Below the pieces are notes generated by a model, which was given only the letters and a program-made list of their open reading frames with translations, ran no database searches and had not been told where the DNA came from. The position numbers were made by a program, and so were the translations under genes. Shown here piece by piece: positions 25,268 through 37,560 of a stretch of DNA of 64,000 nucleotides. The stretch is from assembly GCF_006345805.1 (NCBI RefSeq), contig NC_043005.1, positions 101,804,001 through 101,868,000 of the forward strand, in the 5' to 3' direction. How positions within the stretch are numbered: the stretch's first letter is position 1; the number at the start of each line of letters is the position of its first letter. Origin of the DNA: Octopus sinensis. Its lineage: Eukaryota.

Positions 25268-27378
25268 TTTATTACTGACTCTGAACTCAGAAAGGTAAAA
25301 TTAACGTGGGTGGAACTTGGATTATGACAGAGAAGGTTTCTAATGAAATATTAGTCGACAATCTCTCCGACTCTACCAACTCTGCTAATATTAAACTCTC
25401 TCTCTCTCTCTCTCTCTCTCTTACCTATGATACTAATATCACTGTTTTACAGATTCTCATCTTTGTAAAATTTCTTTTTCTTTTCTGGAAACAAATATAT
25501 TAAACAGCCATCTGATGTCTACGTTGGACACAAAACAGTTAACAGAAAATGTAAAAAAAAGATACTCAAATTTAGCTTTATTTAAAAGATGAACCCGGAT
25601 GTCTAGTCTTTATGTGTGTGTGTGTGTGTGGTTTATAAGAAAATACATTTCTTTATCTCACTTCCAAATCGTTTTGCAGAGAGACAAATCAAGAGATAAT
25701 TTTACATTTGAAAAATTCCTTCGGTGTGTATTTCGTTCTAAGTTGCAAGGTAATAAGCACCATCAACCTTCACAGTAATTAGTTTTATTAAAGTCAATTT
25801 TAGGAAAGTATCAGAGTTTTATTATTTCCAGAGGCGCTAAAGCAAGCAACTCTTTGATAGATTGTTATTGCTATACACAAGACAATTCTTTGTAAAATCT
25901 GTTAGTAAACAAATTTAAAGCTACTACGTTTTCGTCGAAAGCATCAGCAAATGTTCAAAGACACTGCAGATGATGTTTAATTTCATATTGACTCTGCTGG
26001 TGCCGCTTGTGCCAGAGTCAGTCGTAGATAAGCTGAGAAGGTTAACATTGAGCTTGTTTCTTTGTACGTTAATTTAACAGTCACTGGCGATATTTATTCT
26101 GTTGACTTACAGAAAATCGGAGCAAAAATTTCTTGCCATTGAATATAAACCACAATGCAATTAAAATCAATACGATATATCAATGAGAAAGGAGAGCAAA
26201 AGGTGGAGGAGGAGCAGTAGAGTGGGGGTGATGAAAAGATGGAGTAAGTGAAGAGATTAGTTTTACGTTACTGAAAGCAGCGTATATGGGTTCGCTTGTA
26301 AAATATTCACAGCAATAAGATTCTCTTTATTCACTACCAAACAGTCTGTTAATTCAGATACAGCTTTTGGGATTTGTCCTTTATCCTAACCAAACCAAAA
26401 ATTAAAGACCTTAAATTAACAAAAAGAAAAAAAACAACAAAATAAAAAACAATTCAGTTTTCAATGGATATAGTACACAGCTCAATATCACAGCAATTTC
26501 TTTTTAAACTTCTTACGAATAGTATACAACAGAAATTCGTAGATGGTAAGAGGAAAATGAATGAAAAATTCTGAAAAAATAAACTAAATATAGATAAATA
26601 TTTAAAAAAGTAAAAAGAAAAGTGAAGAAGTTTAAATTCCCATAAACATCTGTCACATTATTTTCTAGAGGATATGCATTTCTATAAGTGCTTGGATATG
26701 AAAACATTTATTTCCTTGAGATTCAAGATTCGTATAGTAAGAGAAACTACACACCACATATAAATCTTATACATCACACATGCAAACACACTTGCTTGCT
26801 CGCAAAAACTTATCCTTGTACTGAAAGATGGCGAATAATAGAATCACTTGTATTTTATGTCGTTCCATCTACCTTCAATACAAAGAAAGATGGTAAGAAT
26901 TCATACCCCACAGTGATTGTTGCTGAAGTTACCTTTTGTTATTCTTCAAAATTTCCTTGAAGCATTAACCTAGTTTTCTTCGCATTAATGGCAAAGGACT
27001 CGAAAGTTTAAAGTCAGCAGTAATCTATACAATACTTAACTCATTCAGTACAGCTGCTGCTGCTGCTGCTGCTACTACTGCCCCTATTACTGCGTACATG
27101 GAAAAGCAGTGTTATTGACAAAGCATTGCTGACTTCTGAGAATTCCGTTAATGTTTGTTTATGACAACTAGAAAGATCAATGCACATAATGTATATATGC
27201 ATGTATATATGCATGTATGTATGCATATATGTTCGTATGTATGTACATATATGTATATGTGTGAGTATGTGCGTATGTGTATAACATATAAGAGAAAGAG
27301 AGAGAGCGAGAGAGAGAAAGAGAGTGAGGATCTTGTGCTTCACAATCCGGAGAAACAGAACTCAATACATGAAGCAAA

Positions 27379-27409
<31 letters not shown>

Positions 27410-27451
27410 AGTATATGAAAGAATGGAGTTGAACGACTTATTAACATAATC

Positions 27452-27547
27452 CCTTTATTCTCGACATATGTTTCGAAGGCTGCATATTCCTAATGTCGAA
27501 GGAATAAGGGGTGCATTATGCCGCCCTTCTCATCAGGAAAAAAAAGG
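27452..27547 (-). ncRNA. Type I hammerhead ribozyme with canonical core, in a ~225-bp insert within (TA)n
   Basis: Minus strand reads CCTTTTTTTTC-CTGATGA-GAAGG...CCTTC-GAAA-CATATG-TC-GAGAATAAAGG: 11-position stem I with one mismatch and one G-U pair, palindromic stem III, GUC site. Confidence 0.85.
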
Positions 27548-28497
27548 AACTTATGTTTTTCTGACGTGAATTTGTCCCCAGGTATCGGTTAACCGAATTT
27601 ACATAATAAGATAATTCATTCCTACTACTCAAATATATATAATATATATATATATATATATTTTGTTTTTGTTTTTGTTTTTGTTTTTGTTTTTGTTTTT
27701 TTTTTCCAACGGATTTCTTTTTCTTTTCTTCCTGAAGATAATACACAATATGGTCCCATTATCAATCGGATTTGGTATTTTGTGCCTTTCGAAAACACGT
27801 GTATAATGAAATAAACGATTTCCGTTTCATCTGCGTTCAGCTCCCTTTCTTCATTCACAATAATGTTATATATATATATATATAAATATATACAAATTAC
27901 TGTGAAGTCTATGGTTTGTACCTAGGCACATAACTCTTCGTCCTAGGATCACTTATGTAGCTTTAGAGTTGATAACTATAATATAATATAATATAATATA
28001 GCATATTGTGTTTATGTGTGTGTATATATACACACATAAAAAACGTACAAACAAACACGCGCACACACATACATATGTATACATGTGTGTGTGTGTGTGT
28101 GTGTTTACAGTATGTATAAGAATCTGTCTAATATGGCGAACTGGGAGAATAGTTAACACATCGGACAACATGCTTAGCGCTATTTCTTTGCTCTTTACGT
28201 TTAGAGTTCAACTACCACCGAGGACAACTTTGTGATTCATCCCTTCCTGTTCAATAGGTTACATGTACTACGCCACATGTTATCGTCTTCTCTCCTCCAG
28301 GAAAATTGCTAGACTTGAACCCTGCAACGGACATGCATTCCGGTGCAGTAGGTATGTTGTGATTTCAGTCAATTTATAAGCCATGGAAATCAAGAAATCG
28401 GCCTGATAAATCCTAATTTTCGGGGAGACTAAATCTACCTATCTTTCTATCTAACACCGTGTGTGTTCGTGTCGTATGTGAGGGGGAAAGTGAGGCG

Positions 28498-28700
28498 ATT
28501 ATTTACATTATTTACATTATTTACATTTGATGGATATTCGTCCTCATCTCGTTTGTTGTTAACACAACGTTTCAGCTGATATACCCTCCAGCGTTCTTCA
28601 GATGTCTTGGCGAAACTTCGAACCTGGGTTCTCATTCCTAAGGTATTCTTCGATGTTATTATTATTAATATTATTATCATCATCATCATCATCATCATCA

Positions 28701-28777
<77 letters not shown>

Positions 28778-28856
28778 GTTCAGGTCACTGCTTGGAATCG
28801 AACTCGGAATGTGTGGGTCAGCAGCCCGCGGTCTTAACCACCTACGCCATATGCCG
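28498..28856 (-). mobile_element. Composite short element: tRNA-like head, (AAT)n/(GAT)n tract, minimal hammerhead and (AATGTAAAT)n tail
   Basis: Minus strand reads GGCATATGGCGTAGGTGGTTAAG...GAGTTCGATTCC, then the triplet tract, then GACAT-CTGAAGA-ACGCTGG...TCAGCT-GAAA-CG-TT-GTGTT (28561-28606). A second copy lies at 31255-33980. Confidence 0.8.
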
Positions 28857-29041
28857 GTTTGAGTGAGAGGATATTTGCCTATTTTGAAAGGTTTTCTTTT
28901 AGATCACTTCTTTTAGCAAGACGTTATTGTTTCTAATTTAACACATTCCTTACACTTCATATGTTTCTCCAGCATAATTTCAAACTGATTACAATACTTG
29001 AGACGCAAGATGTGTGTATGTATGTATGTGCATTTATATAT

Positions 29042-29093
<52 letters not shown>

Positions 29094-29097
29094 ATAT

Positions 29098-29129
<32 letters not shown>

Positions 29130-29675
29130 AACATTTTTATAGCTATTGAATACTCACATTTCATCTTCGACATCAACGGAGAACAATTCTCTTTGAAACA
29201 TCAAAGATATTTTTATTTTTATGACTGAAGCCATTCTAAAATTTATTCCCTTTCCCTTTATATTATTTATATCTCAGTATAAGAACATGTAGAAATATAT
29301 TACTTTTAACGTTAAATATATTTATGGATTTTAATGTATATTTTATTCAGAAACCCATAAACACATTCAATTGTCATTCATTAACAGATATTTTTCAATC
29401 CTTAATACGTTTCTGTGTAATATATCACATCACAATTCTCAATTACAATTCTTATCTTACTAAAACTGGTTATTTTTCAAAAATACCAGATTATATAATC
29501 TATTAAGATAAGCATTAATCATGTACAGATATAAGGAAATTTCTATTATTATAATATCGATAAAAGCATCTAACATTGAATATATTCGTTATTAATGTAT
29601 AATAGCCAACCATTTACTTACCCACACATACACATACAGAGACTAAAACACTCACACTCTCACATACGTATTATG

Positions 29676-29709
29676 AATATATATACGTATATATATATAT
29701 ATATATTAT

Positions 29710-29753
<44 letters not shown>

Positions 29754-29884
29754 TATATATATTTATATATGTATGTATATGTATATATATGCATATGTAT
29801 GTATATATAGATGAATGTATAAATATATATATATACGTACACCTATATATATATATACATATATATATATAAGTATACATATAC

Positions 29885-29955
<71 letters not shown>
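29676..29955. repeat. (TA)n/(TG)n microsatellite field, representative of many such tracts in the window
   Basis: Directly visible. Similar fields at about 22520-22725, 44090-44400, 50340-50760, 51985-52160 and 58530-58720. Confidence 0.95.
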
Positions 29956-30332
29956 GATGTGCTTTCGTATGTGAGAGTTTGTACATTATGTGTTCATATA
30001 TATACGCTAACACAAATTAAAATATATCCCAGGGAGTAGCATATATGATCAATATTTCCTTCTATACTGATTCGATCTTTCATCAGTTGTTGAATCTATA
30101 TATGCTGAGAGGATATTTTTTAACTAGATTTATACGGAATTGAACCTTGCTAGTTTTCGATCATATTGTCTTTTATTGTAAGTAACGTGTTAATATCATT
30201 GGGTCCAAACAGACTTTTCTCCTGAGGGAACTTACATACACATGTCTTCAGATCTCAGCCTTAAAATTGTGTCATTCAATAAGGTTGTCTTAGATATTCT
30301 ATGTATGAATGAAATTACTGATAACTACAGGT

Positions 30333-30401
30333 AAGGCGAAATGCTTAGCGGTATTTCGTCTGCCGTTATGTTCTGAGTTCAAATTCCGCCGAGGTCGACT
30401 T
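30333..30401 (+). mobile_element. SINE family A fragment
   Basis: GGCGAAATGCTTAGCGGTATTTCGTCTG...GAGTTCAAATTCCGCCGAGGTCGACTT. Confidence 0.8.
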
Positions 30402-31089
30402 GAGAATCCCATAAATGGCGACATATCGATATCCGTCACTCCTGAATAGGTTTGTAGCAGAGTTATTTCGACTGTCAATGACTTTAAGGTATTTTAACAT
30501 TTATGTGTATGAGGGTGCCATCCCCAAATCGCTGTGCCGCAGTGAACCAGCAAACAAGCAAAGCACAAACATTGATTATATGCTGTGGATAATAAACATA
30601 CATACATGTGTGTGTGTGAGAGTTTGTGTGTGTGTGGTGTGAGCGCGTGTGCGACATGCTTCTTCCAGCTTCCCGTCTACCAAATCAACTCACAAATCAT
30701 TGGTCGACCTTGTGCAATTGTGCTAGTGTTAAAGCTGCTAAACATGTTTAGGTGGCAAAGTCTCTACCTTGCTTGGAACCATGTCAGAGGTTGTTCCTTA
30801 AACAGAGTTTTTCTTATCATCATATGTTTGTTCTTTTCAGCGATGGTTTAATCATTAAGCAAAATAATAACGAGCTTAAGAGATCAAGGGAAGATTGTAA
30901 CACAGAAATGGGAAATTGTTTACGGCACAAAATAATCACATTAAACGTGCTAAAATAATATTCGAGGTGATCGAAAATCTAATTTCGAAGTATTCATGGT
31001 GTCAAAATGAGAATCTCATCAAAGACTCTGCAATTAGAAAATTAGTAAACTAGAAACATACAAAATTAAAGATCTCACTGTCAGTTTTT

Positions 31090-31250
31090 TTACATTATTT
31101 ACATTGTTTACATTATTTACATTCGACGGATATTTGTCCTCATCTTGTTTGTTGTTAACACAACTTTTCGGCTGTTATATACTTCGGCCTTCTTCAGGTA
31201 TCTTGGGGAAATTTCGAACCTGGGTTCTCTTAACCACTACGCCATATGCC
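31090..31250 (-). mobile_element. Inverted, internally deleted copy of the tRNA-head/hammerhead element
   Basis: On the minus strand the first 24 nt of the head are fused at GAG to AACCCAGGTTCGAAATTTCCCCAAGATAC-CTGAAGA-AGGCCG...CAGCC-GAAA-AG-TT-GTGTT and the 9-bp tail repeats. Confidence 0.8.
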
Positions 31251-31254
31251 TACG

Positions 31255-31355
31255 GGCATATGGCGTAGTGGTTAAGAGCGCGGGCAACTAACCCCAAGAT
31301 TCCGAGTTCGATTCCAAGCAGTGACCTGAACAATAACAACAACAACAACAACAAC

Positions 31356-31391
<36 letters not shown>

Positions 31392-33730
31392 TATAATAAT
31401 GATAATAATAATAATAATAAAAATAATAATAATAATTTTAATTATTTCCCAAATCATATGAGACAGCAAAACCAGAAAACTACAGACCAATAACATGTCT
31501 CCCTACAATATACAAGGCATTTACTGCAGTGGTAACGCAAAGGTTGAACAAGCACCTGGACGAAAACAACCTGTTTCCAGAAGAGCAGAAAGGATGCCGC
31601 AAAGGCTCATATGGCTGTAAAGATCAACTAATGATTAATAAAGCCATAACTGAAGACAGCCACAGAAAGAAGAAAGGCCTCAGTATGGCTTGGATCGATT
31701 ACAAAAAGGCGTTTGATAGCATCCCCCACACATGGATCCTCGAAACACTAACCATTAACAAAGTAGCACCAACCATTATAAAATTCATAGGGCACTCTAT
31801 GAATAAATGGCAAACAGTCCTACACCTCCAAACAAAAGAGGGACTCATGAAAACCAAAGACATCCCCATTAGAAGAGGAATATTCCAGGGAGACACTCTC
31901 TCCACTCCTTTTCTGCTTGGCACTGTCACCTCTATCTGATATGCTAAATAGAACTGGATGCGGATATAAATGTTACGGCAAAACGATCCGCCACCTTTTA
32001 TATATGGATGACCTAAAACTATACGCTGCAAATGACAAACAGCTGGAAACACTATTAAAGACAGTTCATGGATTTACCAAAGAAATAGATATGAAATTTG
32101 GATTAGAAAAATGCGCCAAAGTAACCATGAAAAGAGGAAAACTAGTTAAGAGTAGCAACATCACACTAGATAAAACCAATGAAATAAAAGAATTAGACCA
32201 AAGCCAAACTTACAAATACTTAGGAATCCATGAACTAGATAAGACACAACACACACAAATGAAAGAGAAAATAAAAAAAGAATATTATAGACGAGTTAGA
32301 TCAATACTCAAAACAGAGTTCAATGCTAAAAACAAGATAATAGGTATTAACACTTTAGCTGTCCCAGTTATAAGTTACAGCTACAATATCTTAACTGGAC
32401 ACTAAATGAACTGACCAAAATAGATAGGAAAACAAGAAAAATAATGACAGGATCTAGGATGCATCACACAAAATCTGACATAGAAAGACTATATATACAA
32501 CGTATAAAAGGTGGTAGAGGCCTTATACAACTGGAAAACTACTATAAAATGACCACCATAGGACTGCAAAAATATCTACTTCAGAAGGAAGGAAAACTGG
32601 TACAAATAGCGGCAAAACACGAGCAAAACAAAAAACTGTCCTCAGTATTTAAGGAAGCTGAAAAATACAAACAAGAAATCATACCATCTAATAAATAATA
32701 AGAAGGAAGACGAAGAAGAAGAAGAAGAAAGAAGAAGAAGAAGAAGAAGAAGAAGAATAGAAGAAGAAGAAGAAGAAGAAGAAGAAGAGAAGAAGAGAAC
32801 AAACAAAGCTATAAAACAAATGAAATCCAAACTAAATAGAACAGCAACGAACCATGATAAAACGATGGCAAGAAAAGCCCCTCCATGGTAAATACTGGAC
32901 TAAACTAAACGCAAAGAAATAGACAAAGAAAAATACCAGCAATGGTTGAGAAGCTCAGGACTCAAAGCAGAGACAGGGGGATTTTTAATTGCAGCACAAG
33001 ACCAAAGCCTCCCCACCAGAAATTACCAAAACATGTAATGAAAAGAATATAACAAAGTAACTGCAGAATATGTGGAGATGGAAAACAATAAATCATATTA
33101 TCTCTGGCTGCCCAGTCCTGGCTAAGAAGGAATATATTCACAGACATGACAAAGTTGGAACCTACATACATTGGAAGCTATGCCACATTATGGAATAACA
33201 ACAAAAAAAAGATGGTATAGGCACACACCAGAAAAGGTCACAGAAAACGAGAAAGCAACCATACTTGGATATGCCTGATACACACAGATAGAGAAATTAA
33301 GGCCAACAGACCAGATATAGTTGTCAGAGATCATGAAGAAAATGCTTTCTAATTGATGTATCAATACCGGCAGATGACAACGTGTCTCTAAAAGAAATGG
33401 AGAACTTTCAAAATACAAAGACTGGAATTAGAGGTAACAAGAATGTGGAATCTAAAAACAGAAACAATTCCTATCATAGTAGGTGCATTAGGCATGATAA
33501 AAAAAGTATTCAGACAAATACATAACAAAAACACCAGGACTTACAAACACATATAACATACAGAAAATTGCACTACTGGGCACTGCACACATCCTACGCA
33601 GAACACTTTCCATACAATAACCATCAGAGCATCACAACAAATCACAGCACATACCTAAGGCACACAGAGCTGCGCTCGGTAGTGAAGTGAAGGCACGCTA
33701 TAAAAATAAAACTACTGAATGATAATAACA

Positions 33731-33809
<79 letters not shown>

Positions 33810-33980
33810 TGGAAAAATACCTTAGGAATGAGAACTCAGTTTCGAAATTTCACCAGATGAAGGCTGGAGATTATATCAGCCGAAACGTTTTGTTAACAAC
33901 AAAGATGAGGACAAATATCCATCGAATGTAAATAATGTGAATAATGTACATAATTCCAAATCTCTTAAATATGGAACTAG
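31255..33980 (+). mobile_element. tRNA-head/hammerhead element interrupted by an R4/Dong LINE in its (AAT)n tract
   Basis: Head at 31255-31331 and (AAC/AAT)n to about 31440. After the LINE the (AAT)n resumes (33720-33810), followed by ATACCTTAGGAATGAGAAC, a mutated hammerhead (CAGATGA...GAAACGTT, 33851-33894) and the AATGTAAAT tail. Confidence 0.8.
31441..33720 (+). mobile_element. R4/Dong-clade non-LTR retrotransposon (5'-truncated, frameshifted RT with restriction-like endonuclease)
   Basis: ENYRPITCLPTIYK, EQKGCRKG, AWIDYKKAFDS, GIFQGDTLS, LLYMDDLK, RIKGGRGL, zinc knuckle CRICG...HIISGC, RHD and the PD-type motif RPDIVV. Flanked by (AAT)n on both sides, with an internal (GAA)n expansion at about 32700-32800. 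Confidence 0.93.
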
Positions 33981-34167
33981 TTTTTGTAATGCTGAAAAAT
34001 AAAAAATAAATAATTTTATCGTTTACTATTGATTATATTTTGAATTATATATATACGAGGGCACCAAAATACTTTTAGTGCGTAGAGCCTCTATGTGTCT
34101 TAATCCGGTCCCTGTTCTTTCCTCATTCGATCCTGAATTTATGTTCGTCTGCCTGTGTTATGAATCT

Positions 34168-34500
34168 GTGTTTTTTTTTCCTTTGTTTTAATATGACATG
34201 TTTTCCCCATTGTAACGTATCGCCCATTTTTGATTTTTTGAATCTTTTACTATTGGTTTCTTTTTAACGTTACAGATCACCTATTTCGGAAAATATTGAC
34301 CTGTCATTTGCATATTCTATGAACAGCAGAAAACCATCAGGTGTAAGGATTGATTTTAGAAAATTAAATTCCAGTAGGACTTTGATGACATTAATAAGAA
34401 TAAAACGAACGATAGGAAACATAACTGAAAATAGAATTCCACAGTGAATAAGATAACCGCCAATGATAATATCAGTTAGTGAAATAGTAAAACTACAAAT
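34168..34500. repeat. Dispersed unclassified repeat, copy 1 (copy 2 at about 36720-37025)
   Basis: TCACCTATTTCGGAAAATATTG...ATTTGCATATTCTA...AGGATTGATTTTAGAAAATTAAATTC is shared with about 36790-36910. Confidence 0.7.
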
Positions 34501-34506
34501 AATAAA

Positions 34507-34537
<31 letters not shown>

Positions 34538-34729
34538 TAATAATAATAATAATAATAAGGGAGCAACATAGCCGTGTGTTGAAAGGAATTCTTGGAGGTG
34601 GGTGCATCGTAGCGGTGTGTTGAAAGGAATTCTTTGGAGGTTTGGATAATTCACCTTTGGAAACATGGGAGGTTCGTTTAACATCCTTAAGCAATCCTTA
34701 TTCAGGGACATTTTCACGAAAATTCTAAC

Positions 34730-34910
34730 TGGGCCCCACCTGCAAGGTCATGCGCTGTTTATCTTGATATGAGATTACCATGTCGCGCACATATGGTTGT
34801 GATGCATGTGCCTGGTGTACCCTTATCAGACAGGTAGTCATGATGGGTATACTGGGCTTCGTATATTTTACTGCAGTGTCACTTTTATGGGATGCACTGC
34901 TCTCTCACTC

Positions 34911-34947
<37 letters not shown>

Positions 34948-35170
34948 TAGTAATAATAATAATAATAGTAATAATAATAAAAATGGAATAGTATGCCCGG
35001 TAGAGCTCCTGCAGAAAATTTGTTTCTTAGGGACAGCATGGATTATCAGGAGGGTTCTAAGTACTTGAAAGTCTGCTGAAAGCTTGTGGATAACTAAGGT
35101 TACACGTAGTATGCTGCTACTCACGTAAATGTTACCAGGAACAAGACCGTACCTGAGGGAAATCAAATTA
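34730..35170 (+). mobile_element. Stacked retroelement 3' fragments at (AAT)n tracts
   Basis: About 34995-35068 translates ELLQKICFLGTAWIIRRVLST*, homologous to the R4 C-terminus QKIALLGTAHILRRTL near 33560. The segment 34730-34910 also ends in (AAT)n but is unclassified. Confidence 0.6.
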
Positions 35171-35204
35171 ATAATAAGGACGATAATGTCAAATTTTAGT
35201 ACAA

Positions 35205-35545
35205 AGGCTAGTAATTTTGGAGGAGGAGGGAAGTGGATTATATCGACCCCAGTGTTCAACTGGTACTTATTTAATTAACCCGAATGAAAGGTAAACTGAT
35301 CTCGACAGGATTGGAACTCAGTCTTGAAAAAGGCGGACAATACGCCACTAAGCCGTTTGCTCAGCGTGCTAATGTGTCTGCCAGCTCGCTGATCCCACTA
35401 CTCGACTGGAACTTATTTCATCGACTCCGAAAGGATAAAAGCCAATGTTGAATTCGAGTGAATTTGAACTCAGTGTATAAAGACGGACAGAAAGCAGGAA
35501 AGCATTTTGTTCGGTGTGCTAACCATACTGCCAGCTAGCTTCCGC
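35205..35545 (-). mobile_element. Two old SINE family A-related copies in tandem
   Basis: ATCGACCCCAGTG...CTGGTACTT...GCTAA...CTGCCAGCT pattern seen twice, the reverse complement of family A. Confidence 0.65.
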
Positions 35546-35624
35546 ATACTACTGTAGGTTGCAGATAGCGCGCTCTCTACGCATGCAAGACAACAAGTGT
35601 TGCAACAAAGCCTGGGAGAAAAAG

Positions 35625-35680
<56 letters not shown>

Positions 35681-37272
35681 GTAATAATAATAATAACTGA
35701 AAGAACTTAACAACAATATTTATAACAGCGAGGTTGTCTTGCCTGTGTAAAGAAAAGACATTGTATTGTAACTTACCTTATAGACATCGCGTATATGATT
35801 GATTTTGGTAGAAAAGGTAGGGTGCCAGATAATACCATTCCGTGTGCTTACGTCCTATTCTTTTATTGGTTCAAATAGCCACCTAGTCTCGACTTTATTT
35901 TTTATGCTTCCCTGGTATTGTTATTGGCATTATTAATTCCATGATTTTTATAACACAATTACGCCCACCTATGTTTAAAACTTTATGTTGTTCCTACTAC
36001 GTATATCATTCCTCCATCGTTATCGACGGTGAAACTTTTTAATTTTTTTGATCATCTGCACGTCCTACATTTTAAATTATAATGTAAATGGCAGAGTATT
36101 CCACAGACACTTGAATCCATAACGTACATTTTAATCGGAATTAATGTGATAGAATGTGATAAAGATGGCCCTCAAAAATGCCATACGTTATAAGCCATCC
36201 GACGATTTTCGTCAACTCAGTTTTGGATATAAGGCCTAGAACAACCGAATAATTTTGGTAACTTATTCATGCCTCAGATGCGTTAATATTTTGATCGAAC
36301 CCAAAATCTTATGTTTGCCAAGTAAAATCCCTAACCACTCGTCCTATACCTATATTATCCAAAGGATTACACATTTTCGAAGAGAACTGAATTGTATTCA
36401 AGGAAAATTAAGTTCGTTTATTTTACAGTTAGATCGATCGCATAGACGATTTTTAGTCAGCTGTAATATATTAGTCATATACTAAGGTCTGATTTAAACA
36501 ACTACACCAACATACATTCCAAATATTGATATGTGTCTGTGGCTCACCCAAGGTTACGATTCGTCTTGTATCTTATTATCTCTCTTCCGATATTTTCTGG
36601 CTCATTTTGTTTTTTGTTTTCCATTTGCTTCTCTCTTTTCTGATGTTCTGTATTTAAGATATCTGGTTTGCTCATTTGAACATCTACAAATAAAATATAT
36701 TTGTTTCACATGATTTAGAATTTTTTTTCCTTTGTTGTAAAAAAATAAAACTTTTCTTTTAAACTTCTGAATATTTTACAAGACATTACAGGTCACCTAC
36801 TTCGGAAAATATTGGCCTTTAATTTGCATATTCTAAGAACATCAGAAAAACAGTCATGTCCGAGGATTGATTTAAGAAAATTAAATTCTATTAACACTTT
36901 GATGAAATTAATGTGAATAAAATAAAATATGTGAAGAAAAAACAGCCGAAAATAAAATTCCTTTGGGAAAAACAAAACCAGGAAGGACAGGCATCAATAA
37001 CTGAAATAGTAACACTACTAATAAATAATGGTAATTGAAATAAAACAACAACAACAACAACAACATTAATAACAAGAAGGTCAACTGTATGAGTCAACAT
37101 GGGAACATTTATGGGCTCATATATCCTACTAGAAATAGAAAACTAATCGCCTCTCATAACATACACTAATTTCTTAAAAGAAGGCTCTATGGACAGAAAT
37201 TAGATGAACTATTGATCAAGAGAAACTTGAGCAAGAAAATCAAGTTCAGAATATACTATATCTTGTTATATA

Positions 37273-37467
37273 GGCGCAGGAGTGGCTGTGTGGTAATTAG
37301 CTTGCTTACCAACCACATGGTCATGGGTTCAGTCCCACTGCGTGGCACCTTGGGCAAGTGTCTTCTACTATAGCCTCGGGCCGAACAAAGCCTTGTGAGT
37401 GGATTTGGTAGACGGAAACTGGAAGAAGCCCGTCGCATATGTATGTATATATATATATATATATATA

Positions 37468-37555
<88 letters not shown>

Positions 37556-37560
37556 TGTGT
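37273..37560 (+). mobile_element. SINE family B, 5' half ending in (TG)n
   Basis: Well-conserved head and CCTTGGGCAAGTGTCTTCTACTATAGCCTCGGG. Confidence 0.88.

Noticed and set aside
31255-31331. Bona fide tRNA gene
   Set aside because: A and B boxes are present, but the acceptor stem is poor and there is no oligo-T terminator. It is treated as a SINE-like head, as are the heads of families A-D.
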